The translations under genes and the position numbers were made by a program. From Chloroflexota bacterium (lineage in GTDB: Bacteria > Chloroflexota > UBA6077 > SHYK01), in contig SHYK01000002.1 in assembly GCA_009692845.1 (NCBI GenBank), positions 193,296-257,295 of the forward strand: DNA of 64,000 nt. The letters are read 5' to 3'. Positions within the stretch are counted from its first letter, which is position 1; each line of letters begins with the position of its first letter. Under the pieces are notes generated by a model, which saw only the letters and a list, made by a program, of their open reading frames with translations, was not told the DNA's origin and did no database searches. Shown here piece by piece: positions 26,203 through 36,272 of the stretch.

Positions 26203-28500
26203 CTACCGAATGGACGTGGTGAGATGGTCTCCGATTGGCCGCCCTTGCGAGTCGACGACCGAGAGCCGCTCGAGCGATGGCCGCGAGTAGAGACCGATCT
26301 CGAGTTGAATCGCTGAACCTAGGTTTCCATCGAGCTGGTGGAGGTCCTGAATCGTCTCGCCAGCATCCCAGAGCGTTGTGGGATAGCTGTCCCGGGCCGG
26401 TTTGCTGTCGTTTTGGCCTACCAACTTGCCCGCTGCATCGAGGGCGTGGACGAATACCGTGTAGTCTCTAAGAGGCTTCCGGTTGGCGTGCCAGGTCAGG
26501 ATGACTTGCTGGTCGCGCAGCTCGACGCCCACCAGGCTGATCTCCTGGTTACCGAAGGTTGCTTGGGTCGCGCCAGCGGTCGCCGCATTGACCCCGCTGA
26601 CCTTGAGCGGCCCCAGTCGGAGAAAAGTCCCAATGTCCCGCGCGCCATCGTACACGTGGGGACGGTCCCCCACATAGAGCTGATAAAAGCCGGTCTCGAG
26701 CCAGTAGCCGCCGGTCGGGGTATCGGGCCGGGGATCGAGGTCCAGCCAGGTATGGACCGAATCTCCGACACGCCAATCCTCAACCACGAACGGATTGATG
26801 TCGGGATTGGTGGACCAGCCACGGCCATCTGTATCAACCAGGTGTCCGAAGAGGTGGAGGTCCAACCAGCGGGGGAAGGCGGTCGCGGTGACCTGCCAGG
26901 CCAGCTCCACGTTGGAGGGGTTGCCCGCTCTTAGGCCAGCGTCATGGTAGCCAATAACCCTGGCCACGTGACCGATGTCGGCATCGAGGGGCTGGGGTGG
27001 CAGGGTGGCGAGGGCAACGGCGGCGGCCTCGGGCGCAACGTCGAAGAGGGCGAAAACTGGCCGACCAGCCGGTGTGCTGACTGTAGCTACAGGAGGACCG
27101 AACGCCGAGGTGAGAAAGGGGACGGCGTGCCCCTCGGCTTCCGCGATGTAGAAGGCGCCCTCGGGGCGGAGCACCACTGAGTTGCGGCTGTCGAAGCGGG
27201 CAATGGGGAAGCGATTTCGGGTGAGATAACCGAAGAAATCGCCCCGGCTGTCCGGTCGTCCCACCAGGAGGTCTTTTCCGGGGTTGAGCTGGACGGCCAG
27301 CCGAGCGGCCTGTTCTGAGTAGCGCAGGGCGGGGCCGAAGGGCAGGATGACGTCCCGGGCCGCCACGGCCTGCTCGAAGCCGAAAGCATCGACCGATCGA
27401 GTCGCTACGATGGTGGCCAGGATCGTCACCCCGATCGGCAACGGCCTGATCGTGGAGAGCGCCACCCCGGCTAGGGCCGCCGCACCGGGCAAGACGTCGA
27501 GCAGATAGTGCGGATAGACGGATTCCGCGCTGCGGAGCGCCAGTAGGATGGGAGTGAGCAGCCAGAGCAGGGCGACCCAGCCGCCCGGTTTCCGCAGTGC
27601 CACCATGCCGCCGGTGGTGACGAGCGCCAGGCTGACCCAGGTGAGTGGCTCGGTGAAGAGGGACGGATCCATCTGGGTGGAGCCGCTGGTCAATTGGCGG
27701 CGGAGATCCCCGCCGATCAGCGAGGCCGCGAGATAGAACGCTTCGCCCGCGAAGTGTTTGGGAATGCCGAGGTAGGCTCCCACCGCCCAGAGATCAGCCC
27801 AGCCGGTGGTGATTTGCAGCCAGATGTAGGGCGCCAAGATGAGGCCAAGCGCACCGGCCGCCAGGGCCAGTGGCTTCCACCGAATGTCCCGCCATCGAAC
27901 GATGGCCACAATGCCGAGCACCGGAAGCAGGCTGGCCGCGCTCGGGTGAAGCTGGGCAGCGCAGCAAATTGCCAAGCCGCCTGCCGCGAGATGTCGCGAA
28001 TCCCCGCGCAGGGCAAAACCCACGGCGCCCCACAGACCAATCGCGGCAAAAAAGGGGACCAGATCGGGGTTCCAGATCAATCGCCCATAGAGGATCGCCG
28101 CTGGCCACGCGGCGTAAAGCAGACCGGTGGCTAGGCCGGTCCATCGCCCACCGAGGTCCCGGCCGACCAGGTAGAGAAAGATGGCGCCCAGGGCATCCAG
28201 GGAAGCCTGGAAGGCGGCGATCCAGCTCGCGTCTTTGCTGACTAGCATCGGAAGCGCAAGCAGGAAGGTCACCAGCGGGGGGTGGTTGACTCCAATCGTG
28301 AAGGTGAGACCGCTGGTTTGAGGGATTCGGCCGCTGTCGACGAAAGCTGCGGCGCCGGCGAGCAGCCGGCCCTGGTCCGAATCGAAGGGAGCGAGATCGA
28401 TTTGCCAGAGGCGGAGCCCCAGGGCCACTATCAGCGGCAAGAGAGGCGGAAGCGACGCCGCAAAGAGGCCTTGGAACCGAGGGCTGGAAAGGAGCTTCAT
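26203..28500 (-). CDS. GT-C (ArnT/PMT-like) membrane glycosyltransferase with C-terminal beta domains
   Basis: 'FDSDQ', 'HPPL', 'RLIWNPD', 'QLHPS', 'YPHYL'; C-terminal 'DYTVFVH...YPTTLW..GE'; probable ATG at 28500. Confidence 0.78.
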   Translation of the reverse strand: MKLLSSPRFQGLFAASLPPLLPLIVALGLRLWQIDLAPFDSDQGRLLAGAAAFVDSGRIPQTSGLTFTIGVNHPPLVTFLLALPMLVSKDASWIAAFQASLDALGAIFLYLVGRDLGGRWTGLATGLLYAAWPAAILYGRLIWNPDLVPFFAAIGLWGAVGFALRGDSRHLAAGGLAICCAAQLHPSAASLLPVLGIVAIVRWRDIRWKPLALAAGALGLILAPYIWLQITTGWADLWAVGAYLGIPKHFAGEAFYLAASLIGGDLRRQLTSGSTQMDPSLFTEPLTWVSLALVTTGGMVALRKPGGWVALLWLLTPILLALRSAESVYPHYLLDVLPGAAALAGVALSTIRPLPIGVTILATIVATRSVDAFGFEQAVAARDVILPFGPALRYSEQAARLAVQLNPGKDLLVGRPDSRGDFFGYLTRNRFPIARFDSRNSVVLRPEGAFYIAEAEGHAVPFLTSAFGPPVATVSTPAGRPVFALFDVAPEAAAVALATLPPQPLDADIGHVARVIGYHDAGLRAGNPSNVELAWQVTATAFPRWLDLHLFGHLVDTDGRGWSTNPDINPFVVEDWRVGDSVHTWLDLDPRPDTPTGGYWLETGFYQLYVGDRPHVYDGARDIGTFLRLGPLKVSGVNAATAGATQATFGNQEISLVGVELRDQQVILTWHANRKPLRDYTVFVHALDAAGKLVGQNDSKPARDSYPTTLWDAGETIQDLHQLDGNLGSAIQLEIGLYSRPSLERLSVVDSQGRPIGDHLTTSIR

Positions 28501-28733
28501 TTGGAAGGGAGCTTCATCTGCATATCGTCCGTTGGGGGCCCACCTAATCGGAGAGATCATGATTACTGGGAAGGGTCGACCTCATGTTGACTAAGGACCG
28601 CCTTGTATACTCAAAAGTCGCTCACCAATGCTGCTGAAGAACATGCTGATGGTGACTGCGCGGTCCATGATCACCTGAATCTGCCTGCTCGGAGACTGGG
28701 AGCATTGGTAGCTCGGCCTGTCGAGATCTCCCA

Positions 28734-30020
28734 TTGATCCACAGTCGGGTCGAAAGTACCAGTTCCACCGACCCGATCGGCTTCTTCGAAGCGGCTTCGG
28801 GCCCGCGGTTTTTCTGGTCGACCCCGGATCGTCTGCTGACTCTAGTGGGTCGCGGAGAGCTGCAAGTCATCGCCGAGACTGGCGATGACCGGTTTGCTCG
28901 ATCGGCCGCCTCCTGGTGCGCGCTGAGTCAAGGAACAGCGGTCGACGGAGAATCTGGGGCTCCGCATACCGGACCGATGCTGATGGGCGGGTTTTCGTTC
29001 CAGGCGGGTCTGGCCAGGATGCTTCCGTGGCGGAAGTTTTGGTCGAGTCACCTCGCACTTCCAGAGTCACTGCTGACCAGCGCGAATGGGCGCACCTGGT
29101 TGACCACCAACGAACTTGTAGAGAGTAAGCTCGGACCAGTGACCCCGGCGAGGGTCGGTGACCGCGGTCAGGTTGATGTTGAACCACCGCCTTCGCGCGC
29201 GAGTGCGCTGTCCACTGGTGACTGGGAGGCCCTGGTCCAGCGGGGGGTCGACGAGATTCGGAGCGCGGATTCGGGAGTCGAGAAGGTGGTCCTAGCGCGT
29301 CAGATTCCCCTCGAGTTGGACCGCCCCGCTGAGGTTGGAAAGGCCCTTCGGTATCTATGCGAGGCCTACCCGGAGTGTTATGTGTTCGCCTTTGGCCAAC
29401 CCGGCCTCTGTTTCCTGGGCGCCTCCCCCGAACGCCTGGTTAAGTTGGAGCGAGGTATTGTTTCAGCCGGCAGCCTGGCTGGGTCGGCGGCGCGTGGACG
29501 GACCTTCGAGGAGGACCAGGCGCTGGGCCGAGCAATGCTGGCGAGCGACAAGGAACGGAACGAGCATGATCTGGTGACCCGGGGTCTGATGGAGGATTTG
29601 CAAGCGGCCGGGGTGGAGGTCATCGGTGGCTCCGGACTGCCGACGGTTACGAAAGTCCGTAACGTGCAACACCTGGTAACTCGAATCGAGGGTCGAGCAC
29701 CTTCGTCCTTGACGGTTTTGGACCTCGCCGGCCGCCTGCACCCGACTCCAGCCGTCGGCGGCTACCCCCGAGAAGCGGCATTGCGAGCGATCGCCCGGCT
29801 GGAAGATTTCGAGCGGGGTTGGTACGCCGGGCCGGTTGGATGGGCCGACCGCCATGGTGAGGGTGAGTTTGCGGTGGCCATCCGTTCGGCGCTGGTGCAA
29901 GGGAGTCGAGCGTGGCTCTACGCGGGTTGTGGAATCGTGGCCGACTCGGATCCGGAGCGCGAATTCGCGGAATCGGAGCTGAAGCTGCGACCGATGCGCG
30001 AAGCTCTGGCAGGCGACTGA
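28734..30020 (+). CDS. menF: Isochorismate synthase
   Basis: 'EKVVLAR', 'FLGASPERL', 'KERNEH', 'LHPTPAVGG', 'RGWYAGPVG', 'AGCGIVADS'. Confidence 0.93.
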   Translation: MIHSRVESTSSTDPIGFFEAASGPRFFWSTPDRLLTLVGRGELQVIAETGDDRFARSAASWCALSQGTAVDGESGAPHTGPMLMGGFSFQAGLARMLPWRKFWSSHLALPESLLTSANGRTWLTTNELVESKLGPVTPARVGDRGQVDVEPPPSRASALSTGDWEALVQRGVDEIRSADSGVEKVVLARQIPLELDRPAEVGKALRYLCEAYPECYVFAFGQPGLCFLGASPERLVKLERGIVSAGSLAGSAARGRTFEEDQALGRAMLASDKERNEHDLVTRGLMEDLQAAGVEVIGGSGLPTVTKVRNVQHLVTRIEGRAPSSLTVLDLAGRLHPTPAVGGYPREAALRAIARLEDFERGWYAGPVGWADRHGEGEFAVAIRSALVQGSRAWLYAGCGIVADSDPEREFAESELKLRPMREALAGD

Positions 30021-31792
30021 TGGCTGAGCTTTCCCACGCAACCGTCGCCGCCTTCGTGGATGACCTGGTGAGAGCCGGCGTCCGACATTTCTCGGTCTGC
30101 CCGGGCTCCCGTTCGACTCCGCTGGCTCTGGCCATCGCGGCCCACCCGGGGGCGAAACTCTGGATGCACCTCGATGAGCGCTCGGCCGCCTTCTTTGGTC
30201 TGGGTCTGGCCAAGGCCTCTCGCTCGCCCGTCGCGCTGCTATGCAGCTCGGGTACCGCTGCCGCGAATTTTGCTCCGGCGGTCGCTGAAGCGTTCTTGGC
30301 CCATGTGCCCCTGGTGGTCCTTACCGCTGACCGTCCCCAGCTGCTCCACGATTCAGGAGCGCTGCAGACCATTGATCAGACGCGGCTCTATGGCAGCCAC
30401 GTGAAATGGTCGGTGACGCTGCCCGAACCGGATAATTCGCCTGAGGTCAGTCGCTACTTGAGGGCCGTGGCCGGACGGGCGGTGGGGCTCGCGCGGGAGC
30501 GGCCGGCTGGCCCAGTCCACCTCAATTGTCCATTCAGTGAGCCACTCGTGCCGAAAGACGGTTGGGTGGCTATCCCGCCCGACCCTGGACTAGCGCCGAG
30601 GCCATCGGTCGAGCTGGAGACCGCGCCCCGCGCGCTTGCGGCGGATCAAGTGGAGCGGTTGCTGGACGAGCTGAGCGGACGGCGAGGCGTCATCGTGTGC
30701 GGGCCTCAGGACGACCCAGGCTTAATCGAGCCGCTCCTTAAGCTCGCCGAAGCGTTGGGCTTTCCGGTGCTGGCGGATCCGCTCTCCCAGGTCCGCGGTG
30801 GCGCGCAAGATGGCCAGCCGATCATCGACGCCTACGATGCTTTTCTGCGCCATGAACCGGTGGCTCAGGAGCTGGCACCGGAGGTGGTCCTCCGATTCGG
30901 CGCCTATCCGACCTCGAAGCCGCTGCAGACCTATCTCGAGCGATGTCTCGGCGCGCGGATGCTGGTAGTGGACGGAGACGATGGCTGGCCAGAGCCCAGC
31001 CACCGGGGCGCGATTTTCATTCATGCCGGCGAGCGGAACGTCTGCGAGGCGGTATTGCAAGCCCAGGGGGCGGCCCCCACTCGCTCCCCGTCTGGATGGT
31101 TGGAGCAATGGCAAACGATCAATCGGCGAACCCGTTCAGCCATCGAGGAGCATCTGGCCAAGCAGGACGAGCTCTTCGAGGGCCAGGTGTTTGCCGAACT
31201 GGCCCGACTCCTGCCCGACCAGGCAGCCATCTATGTGGGCAACAGCATGCCCATCCGAGATCTGGATACGTTTTTTCCCGCCAGCGAGCGGACGGTCCGG
31301 TTCTTCGGGAACCGGGGCGCCAGTGGCATCGATGGGGTGGTGTCCAGCGCGCTGGGGGCCGCCGCCGCAGGGGGAAATCGGGTCGTGTTGGTGATCGGCG
31401 ACGTGTCCTTCTACCACGACTCGAATGGCCTCCTGGCCGCCCGCCGCTACGGCCTGGATTTGACGGTGGTGCTCCTGAACAATGATGGGGGCGGGATCTT
31501 TTCATTCTTGCCGCAAGCAACCGCGATGAACGGGGTGACCTTCGAGCTGCTGTTCGGAACCCCTCATGGGCTCGATTTCGCGCCCATCGTGCAGGCCTAT
31601 GGGGGCCGACATCAGCTGATTCGCAGCTGGCCCGAATTCCGCTCGGCCTTTGGCGCAGCGGGCGACCGGGGGGGATTGACGGTGATCGAGGTGCCCACCG
31701 AGCGCCGTCGCAACGTGACCGCCCACGAGGCGGTTTGGGAAGCGGTGGTGGCCTGCCTCCAGGCCCCCCAGCTGGCGGGCGAGGTCGTCTGA
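30020..31792 (+). CDS. menD: SEPHCHC synthase (ThDP-dependent)
   Basis: 'CPGSRSTPL', 'DERSAAF', 'SGTAAAN', 'TADRP', 'NRGASGIDG', 'GDVSF...NNDGGGIF'. Confidence 0.96.
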   Translation: MAELSHATVAAFVDDLVRAGVRHFSVCPGSRSTPLALAIAAHPGAKLWMHLDERSAAFFGLGLAKASRSPVALLCSSGTAAANFAPAVAEAFLAHVPLVVLTADRPQLLHDSGALQTIDQTRLYGSHVKWSVTLPEPDNSPEVSRYLRAVAGRAVGLARERPAGPVHLNCPFSEPLVPKDGWVAIPPDPGLAPRPSVELETAPRALAADQVERLLDELSGRRGVIVCGPQDDPGLIEPLLKLAEALGFPVLADPLSQVRGGAQDGQPIIDAYDAFLRHEPVAQELAPEVVLRFGAYPTSKPLQTYLERCLGARMLVVDGDDGWPEPSHRGAIFIHAGERNVCEAVLQAQGAAPTRSPSGWLEQWQTINRRTRSAIEEHLAKQDELFEGQVFAELARLLPDQAAIYVGNSMPIRDLDTFFPASERTVRFFGNRGASGIDGVVSSALGAAAAGGNRVVLVIGDVSFYHDSNGLLAARRYGLDLTVVLLNNDGGGIFSFLPQATAMNGVTFELLFGTPHGLDFAPIVQAYGGRHQLIRSWPEFRSAFGAAGDRGGLTVIEVPTERRRNVTAHEAVWEAVVACLQAPQLAGEVV

Positions 31793-31794
31793 CC

Positions 31795-32652
31795 TTGCAC
31801 ATCCAGGTCAATGGGCTGGACTTCAGTGTCGAGCTGACCGGGGCGGGAGCCCCTGTGCTGCTTCTCCACGGATTCACCGGATCTACTGCCGCTTGGGGGC
31901 CGATTCGTTCCTGGTTGGCCGAGCACCGCCAGGTGATTGGGGTAGACTTGATTGGCCACGGGCGAAGCGCCTGTCCAGCCGACCCGGACCGCTACACGAT
32001 GGAGCATGCGGTCGCGGATCTGTCGGCGGTTCTGGATCGCCTGAATCTCGATCAAGTTGACGTAATGGGCTACTCGATGGGCGCGCGACTGGCCTTGTTC
32101 TTCGCGGTAGAGGCTCCGCAGCGGGTCCACTCGCTCGTGCTCGAGAGTGGATCGCCAGGCCTCCGGGAAGCAGCCGAGCGGATGGCCCGGGTGGCCGCCG
32201 ACGAACAACTCGGCGATTCGATCGAGCGGGATGGTCTGGCCGCATTTGTGGATTACTGGGAAGCAATCCCACTCTTTGCCAGCCAGCTGAGCTTGCCGCT
32301 CGAGCTTCGTCAGCAGCATCGTCAACAGCGCCTGGAGGGCTCCGAGGTGGGACTTGCGAACAGCCTGCGCGGGATGGGGACCGGGCGGCAACAATCGCTC
32401 TGGGACGAGCTTGAAAAGCTGGCGTCGCCAGTTTTGATCCTGGCCGGCGAGATCGACGACAAGTACTGCACGATTGCGCGGGAGATGGACGCGCTGATTC
32501 CTTGCTCGCAGCTTTCGGTGATTCCGATGGCGGGGCACACCATCCACCTGGAGCAGCCGGAGCTGTTCCGACATTCGGTCGAAGAGTTTCTCGGCGGTTC
32601 GGACAACGAAGCGGCCAAAAGAGTACCGGGAGCACGGAGGACGGGTCAGTGA
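31795..32652 (+). CDS. menH: SHCHC synthase
   Basis: 'LLHGFTG', '[10 protein letters not shown]', 'LESGSPG', 'AGHTIHLE'; men operon context. Confidence 0.93.
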   Translation: MHIQVNGLDFSVELTGAGAPVLLLHGFTGSTAAWGPIRSWLAEHRQVIGVDLIGHGRSACPADPDRYTMEHAVADLSAVLDRLNLDQVDVMGYSMGARLALFFAVEAPQRVHSLVLESGSPGLREAAERMARVAADEQLGDSIERDGLAAFVDYWEAIPLFASQLSLPLELRQQHRQQRLEGSEVGLANSLRGMGTGRQQSLWDELEKLASPVLILAGEIDDKYCTIAREMDALIPCSQLSVIPMAGHTIHLEQPELFRHSVEEFLGGSDNEAAKRVPGARRTGQ

Positions 32653-33467
32653 CGGTTGCATGGCAAGCGGTTCGCGAATACACAGACATCACTTACGGTC
32701 GGGCGGACGGAATCGCCCGGATTGCCTTCAATCGGCCGGAGGTGCGCAATGCTTTTCGACCTCAGACCATCGTGGAGATGCTGGACGCCTTTGCCCACGT
32801 TCGGGATGACCCGAGCACCGGCGTCGTGCTGCTCACCGGCACCGGCACCCAGGCTTTCTGCTCAGGAGGGGACCAGAAGGTCCGAGGAGAGGCTGGTTAT
32901 GTGGGGGAGGACGGTGTCCCCCGTCTCAACGTGCTGGATCTCCAGCGGGCGATTCGGCTGCTGCCCAAGCCAGTGATCGCGGTCGTGGCGGGTTATGCAA
33001 TCGGAGGCGGGAACGTGCTCCAGGTGGTCTGCGACCTCACCATCGCCGCTGACAACGCGGTTTTTGGTCAGTCGGGGCCCAGGGTTGGTAGTTTCGACGC
33101 CGGTTACGGGGCGAGTCTGCTCGCACGAATCGTGGGGCACAAGAAGGCGCGCGAAATCTGGTATCTGTGCCGACAGTACGACGCCCAGCAAGCCCTGGAC
33201 ATGGGCCTGGTCAATACGGTCGTGCCCCTGGCGGACCTGGAAACGACCGCGGTTGAATGGGCCAAAGAGATTCTGGCCAAGAGTCCGACCGCCCTGCGGA
33301 TCCTAAAAGCCGCATTCATGGCGGATACGGATGGATTGGCCGGTCTGCAGCAACTGGCGGGTGACGCAACCTTGCTTTACTACCAGACCGAAGAGGCGCA
33401 GGAAGGTCGGAACGCCTTCGTAGAAAAGCGTCCGCCCGATTTCTCCAAGTTCCCTCGCTTCCCCTGA
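32649..33467 (+). CDS. menB: 1,4-dihydroxy-2-naphthoyl-CoA synthase
   Basis: '[11 protein letters not shown]', 'FCSGGDQ', 'VGSFDAGYG', '[10 protein letters not shown]'. Confidence 0.97.
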   Translation: MTVAWQAVREYTDITYGRADGIARIAFNRPEVRNAFRPQTIVEMLDAFAHVRDDPSTGVVLLTGTGTQAFCSGGDQKVRGEAGYVGEDGVPRLNVLDLQRAIRLLPKPVIAVVAGYAIGGGNVLQVVCDLTIAADNAVFGQSGPRVGSFDAGYGASLLARIVGHKKAREIWYLCRQYDAQQALDMGLVNTVVPLADLETTAVEWAKEILAKSPTALRILKAAFMADTDGLAGLQQLAGDATLLYYQTEEAQEGRNAFVEKRPPDFSKFPRFP

Positions 33468-33486
33468 TCCAACGGAGCACTGGCCT

Positions 33487-34620
33487 TTGAAGATCGAGTC
33501 CGTCGCCTGGACGCGCTTCCGCATCCCCTTTCTTCGGGAATTTGTCACTGCACACGGCCCGATTCGGATCCGGGAGGGTTTGCTCCTGCGGCTGAAGGTC
33601 GGTGGCATCGAGGGTTATGGGGAGGCTTCACCAGTCCCCGGGTTCGAGGGCCCGAGCCTGATCGACACCCTGATCGCGATCGAGGCGCTCGGCCCCCAGC
33701 TGGTGGGCCGTGAGCTCGATGAAGTCGGCGCGATCCTCGGCCGGGCCCGAGGGATCCTGGCCGGGGCGCCGTTGGCCGAATGTGCAGTGGATATGGCTTG
33801 CTGGGATGTGACTGGCAAGCGGGCAGGCGTACCGCTGGCGAGCATGTGGGGCGGAGACTCGCTGGTTCCGGTTCGGGTGAACGCAACCGTCGGTGTGGCG
33901 GACGCCGAGGGGGCAGCGGTGGCTGCGAGTTTGGCGGTCGAAGCGGGGTTTCGGTGCATCAAGCTCAAAGTTGGGGTGGCGGCAAGCCGAGAAGCCGAGA
34001 TCGCTCGAGTAGCCGGGGTGCGGGCGGCGTTGGGTCCATTGGCCCAGCTGAGGCTGGACGCCAATGGCTGCTGGGACCGCGACACGGCAGTCGAGCTCAT
34101 CTTGGCCCTGGAAGCTTTTGACTTGGAACTGGTCGAGCAGCCGGTGACCGCCAGTGATCTGGAAGGGCTGGCCGAGGTTCGCGCTCGGGTTCGGGTGCCA
34201 ATCGGTGCTGACGAGTCGGTGGGGAATCCGGAGCAGGCGCGCCGGGTGATCGAGGCGGGCGCGGCCGACGTGCTGGTGGTGAAGCCGATGGCAGCCGGTG
34301 GGCTGACAGCCTCCCTGGAGATCCTCCAACTCGTCCGAGATGCTGGACTGAGAGCCCTCGTGACGACGAGTATCGACAGCGGGGCTGGGATTGCCGCCGC
34401 CATTCATCTGAGCGCGATGCTTCCCGAGCCGCGCCTCGCCTGCGGGCTGGCCACCGCATCGTTGCTGGCGGCCGACCTGGCTCAGGAATCAGTGGCCATC
34501 ATTGATGGAGCCGCCGTGGTCCCGCCCAGAGCTGGGCTCGGTTTTGCGCCTAGTGAGGCTGACCTCTTGACCTACACCGACCGTTGGCACGAGCTAGTAC
34601 AAGATCGCAGAAGTTTGTGA
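33487..34620 (+). CDS. menC: o-succinylbenzoate synthase
   Basis: Enolase-superfamily motifs 'KLKVG', 'LDANG', 'EQP', 'ADES', 'VVKP'; men operon context. Confidence 0.9.
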   Translation: MKIESVAWTRFRIPFLREFVTAHGPIRIREGLLLRLKVGGIEGYGEASPVPGFEGPSLIDTLIAIEALGPQLVGRELDEVGAILGRARGILAGAPLAECAVDMACWDVTGKRAGVPLASMWGGDSLVPVRVNATVGVADAEGAAVAASLAVEAGFRCIKLKVGVAASREAEIARVAGVRAALGPLAQLRLDANGCWDRDTAVELILALEAFDLELVEQPVTASDLEGLAEVRARVRVPIGADESVGNPEQARRVIEAGAADVLVVKPMAAGGLTASLEILQLVRDAGLRALVTTSIDSGAGIAAAIHLSAMLPEPRLACGLATASLLAADLAQESVAIIDGAAVVPPRAGLGFAPSEADLLTYTDRWHELVQDRRSL

Positions 34621-34700
34621 CCCCCCACCCAGCCCTCCACCGGAAGCGGGAGGGGGCTTATTCCCTCCCCCTCGATGGGGGAGGGCGAGGGTGGGGGTGA
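34621..34700. repeat. REP-like inverted palindromic pair between menC and menE
   Basis: CCCCCCACCCAGCCCTCC...GGGAGGGGG followed by CCCTCCCCC-TCGAT-GGGGGAGGG-CGAGGGTGGGGG; ends are mutually complementary. Confidence 0.65.
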
Positions 34701-34748
34701 GGTCCTCGTTACCAACACAGCTCACGAATTTATGCGAAGGTCTACTAG

Positions 34749-36236
34749 GTGCCTGGCTTGAGTAGCCCCCTCCCCCTTGAGATTCTGCTTCCGGATTGGC
34801 TGGCTCAGCGGGCGTCGGTGCTGCCGGATCAGCTGGCCTTGGTCACAAGCGAGGGACGGTGGACCTTTGCTGATCTCGACCAGGACGTTCGGCGTGTCGC
34901 TCTGGCGTTGCGAGACGCCGACATTCAGCCTGGCGCTCGGCTTGGCTTGTTGCTCGGGAACACCGCCTTTTTTGTGAAGTTGGTGCACGCGGCGGCGCGT
35001 CTATCGGTGAGCCTGGTGCCGCTCAACATCCGCTTGACGGTCCCCGAGCTGTCGGAGCAGGTGAGGGATTCCGGCTGCTCCGTGCTCATATCGGACGGAG
35101 ACCGGTCGCCTCTGGCGGCGGCCGTGCAAGTGGAGACCGGCATCCGAGTGCTCAATTCCATTCAAGTGGAATCGGCCACGCCGCTCGAGGCCGGAGGAGG
35201 TGAGCTTCAGCATCTCATCGATCTGAGCCACGTCCACACCATCGTGTACACATCGGGGACAACTGGACGGGCCAAGGGCGTTCGGTTGACGTACAGCAAT
35301 CACTGGTGGAGCGCGATGGGGTCCGCGCTGAATCTGGGCATTCGGTCCGATGATCGGTTGCTCGCATGCCTTCCGCTCTATCACGTCGGGGGTCTCTCGA
35401 TGTTATTTCGAGCGGTGATCTACGGGGTTCCGGTGCTGGTCCATCAGGGTTTCGATGCCGCTCGGGTGAATGAGGCCATCGACCGAGACGGAGTGACTAT
35501 GGTGTCCGTGGTGGCGGTGATGCTAGAGCGCATGCTGGCCGAGCGTGGTCACCGACCGTATCCACCGACGCTGCGGACGGTGCTCGTGGGCGGGGGGCCC
35601 GTCCCTCGCGCGCTGCTTGAGGAATGCGAGGCCCGCCAGGTCCCGGTGCTCCAAACCTACGGCCTTACCGAAACTGCCTCCCAGGCCGTAACTCTCTCCC
35701 CGGCTGACGCTTTGCGCAAGCTGGGATCGGCCGGAAAACCGCTCCTTCCGATGGAGCTCCGCATTGTGTGCGGCGAACACGAGGCCGAGCCCGCTGAAGT
35801 GGGCGAGATCTGGCTGCGGGGCCCGTCGGTGACTCCCAGCTACCTGGGCCAGGCGCCCACCCCCAATGGGTGGTTGGAGACCGGCGATCTCGGATGGCGC
35901 GATGAAGAGGGTTATCTCTACGTGGTCGACCGTCGGGACGACCTGATTATTTCCGGTGGCGAGAACGTCTATCCCGCCGAGATCGAAGCGGTTCTGCTCA
36001 GCCATCCGGCGGTTGAAGAGGCTGGGGTTGGCCGGGCCGCTCATCCGGAGTGGGGCCAGGTCCCCTGGGCAGCGGTAAAGCTGCGTGCTGGGATGTCCCC
36101 GAGTGAGGCTGATCTAATCGATTATTGCGCGGGCCGGCTGGCGAAGTTCAAGGTACCCGTGCGAATCCATTTCGTCGATGAACTACCCCGGACCAGCAGC
36201 GGAAAGCTGATGCGACGGGAGCTCCGCGAAAACTAG
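34749..36236 (+). CDS. menE: o-succinylbenzoate--CoA ligase
   Basis: AMP-binding 'YTSGTTGRAKG', 'YGLTET', 'TGDLG', 'SGGENVYP', 'SGK'. Confidence 0.94.
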   Translation: MPGLSSPLPLEILLPDWLAQRASVLPDQLALVTSEGRWTFADLDQDVRRVALALRDADIQPGARLGLLLGNTAFFVKLVHAAARLSVSLVPLNIRLTVPELSEQVRDSGCSVLISDGDRSPLAAAVQVETGIRVLNSIQVESATPLEAGGGELQHLIDLSHVHTIVYTSGTTGRAKGVRLTYSNHWWSAMGSALNLGIRSDDRLLACLPLYHVGGLSMLFRAVIYGVPVLVHQGFDAARVNEAIDRDGVTMVSVVAVMLERMLAERGHRPYPPTLRTVLVGGGPVPRALLEECEARQVPVLQTYGLTETASQAVTLSPADALRKLGSAGKPLLPMELRIVCGEHEAEPAEVGEIWLRGPSVTPSYLGQAPTPNGWLETGDLGWRDEEGYLYVVDRRDDLIISGGENVYPAEIEAVLLSHPAVEEAGVGRAAHPEWGQVPWAAVKLRAGMSPSEADLIDYCAGRLAKFKVPVRIHFVDELPRTSSGKLMRRELREN

Positions 36237-36272
36237 CCAGGTTGCACCCGGAGGTATGGTGCAATCTGCCTG

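Noticed and set aside
28603-28737. 44-codon frame upstream of menF as a leader peptide or frameshifted N-terminus
   Set aside because: No regulatory codon run or attenuator seen; cannot be supported without homologues
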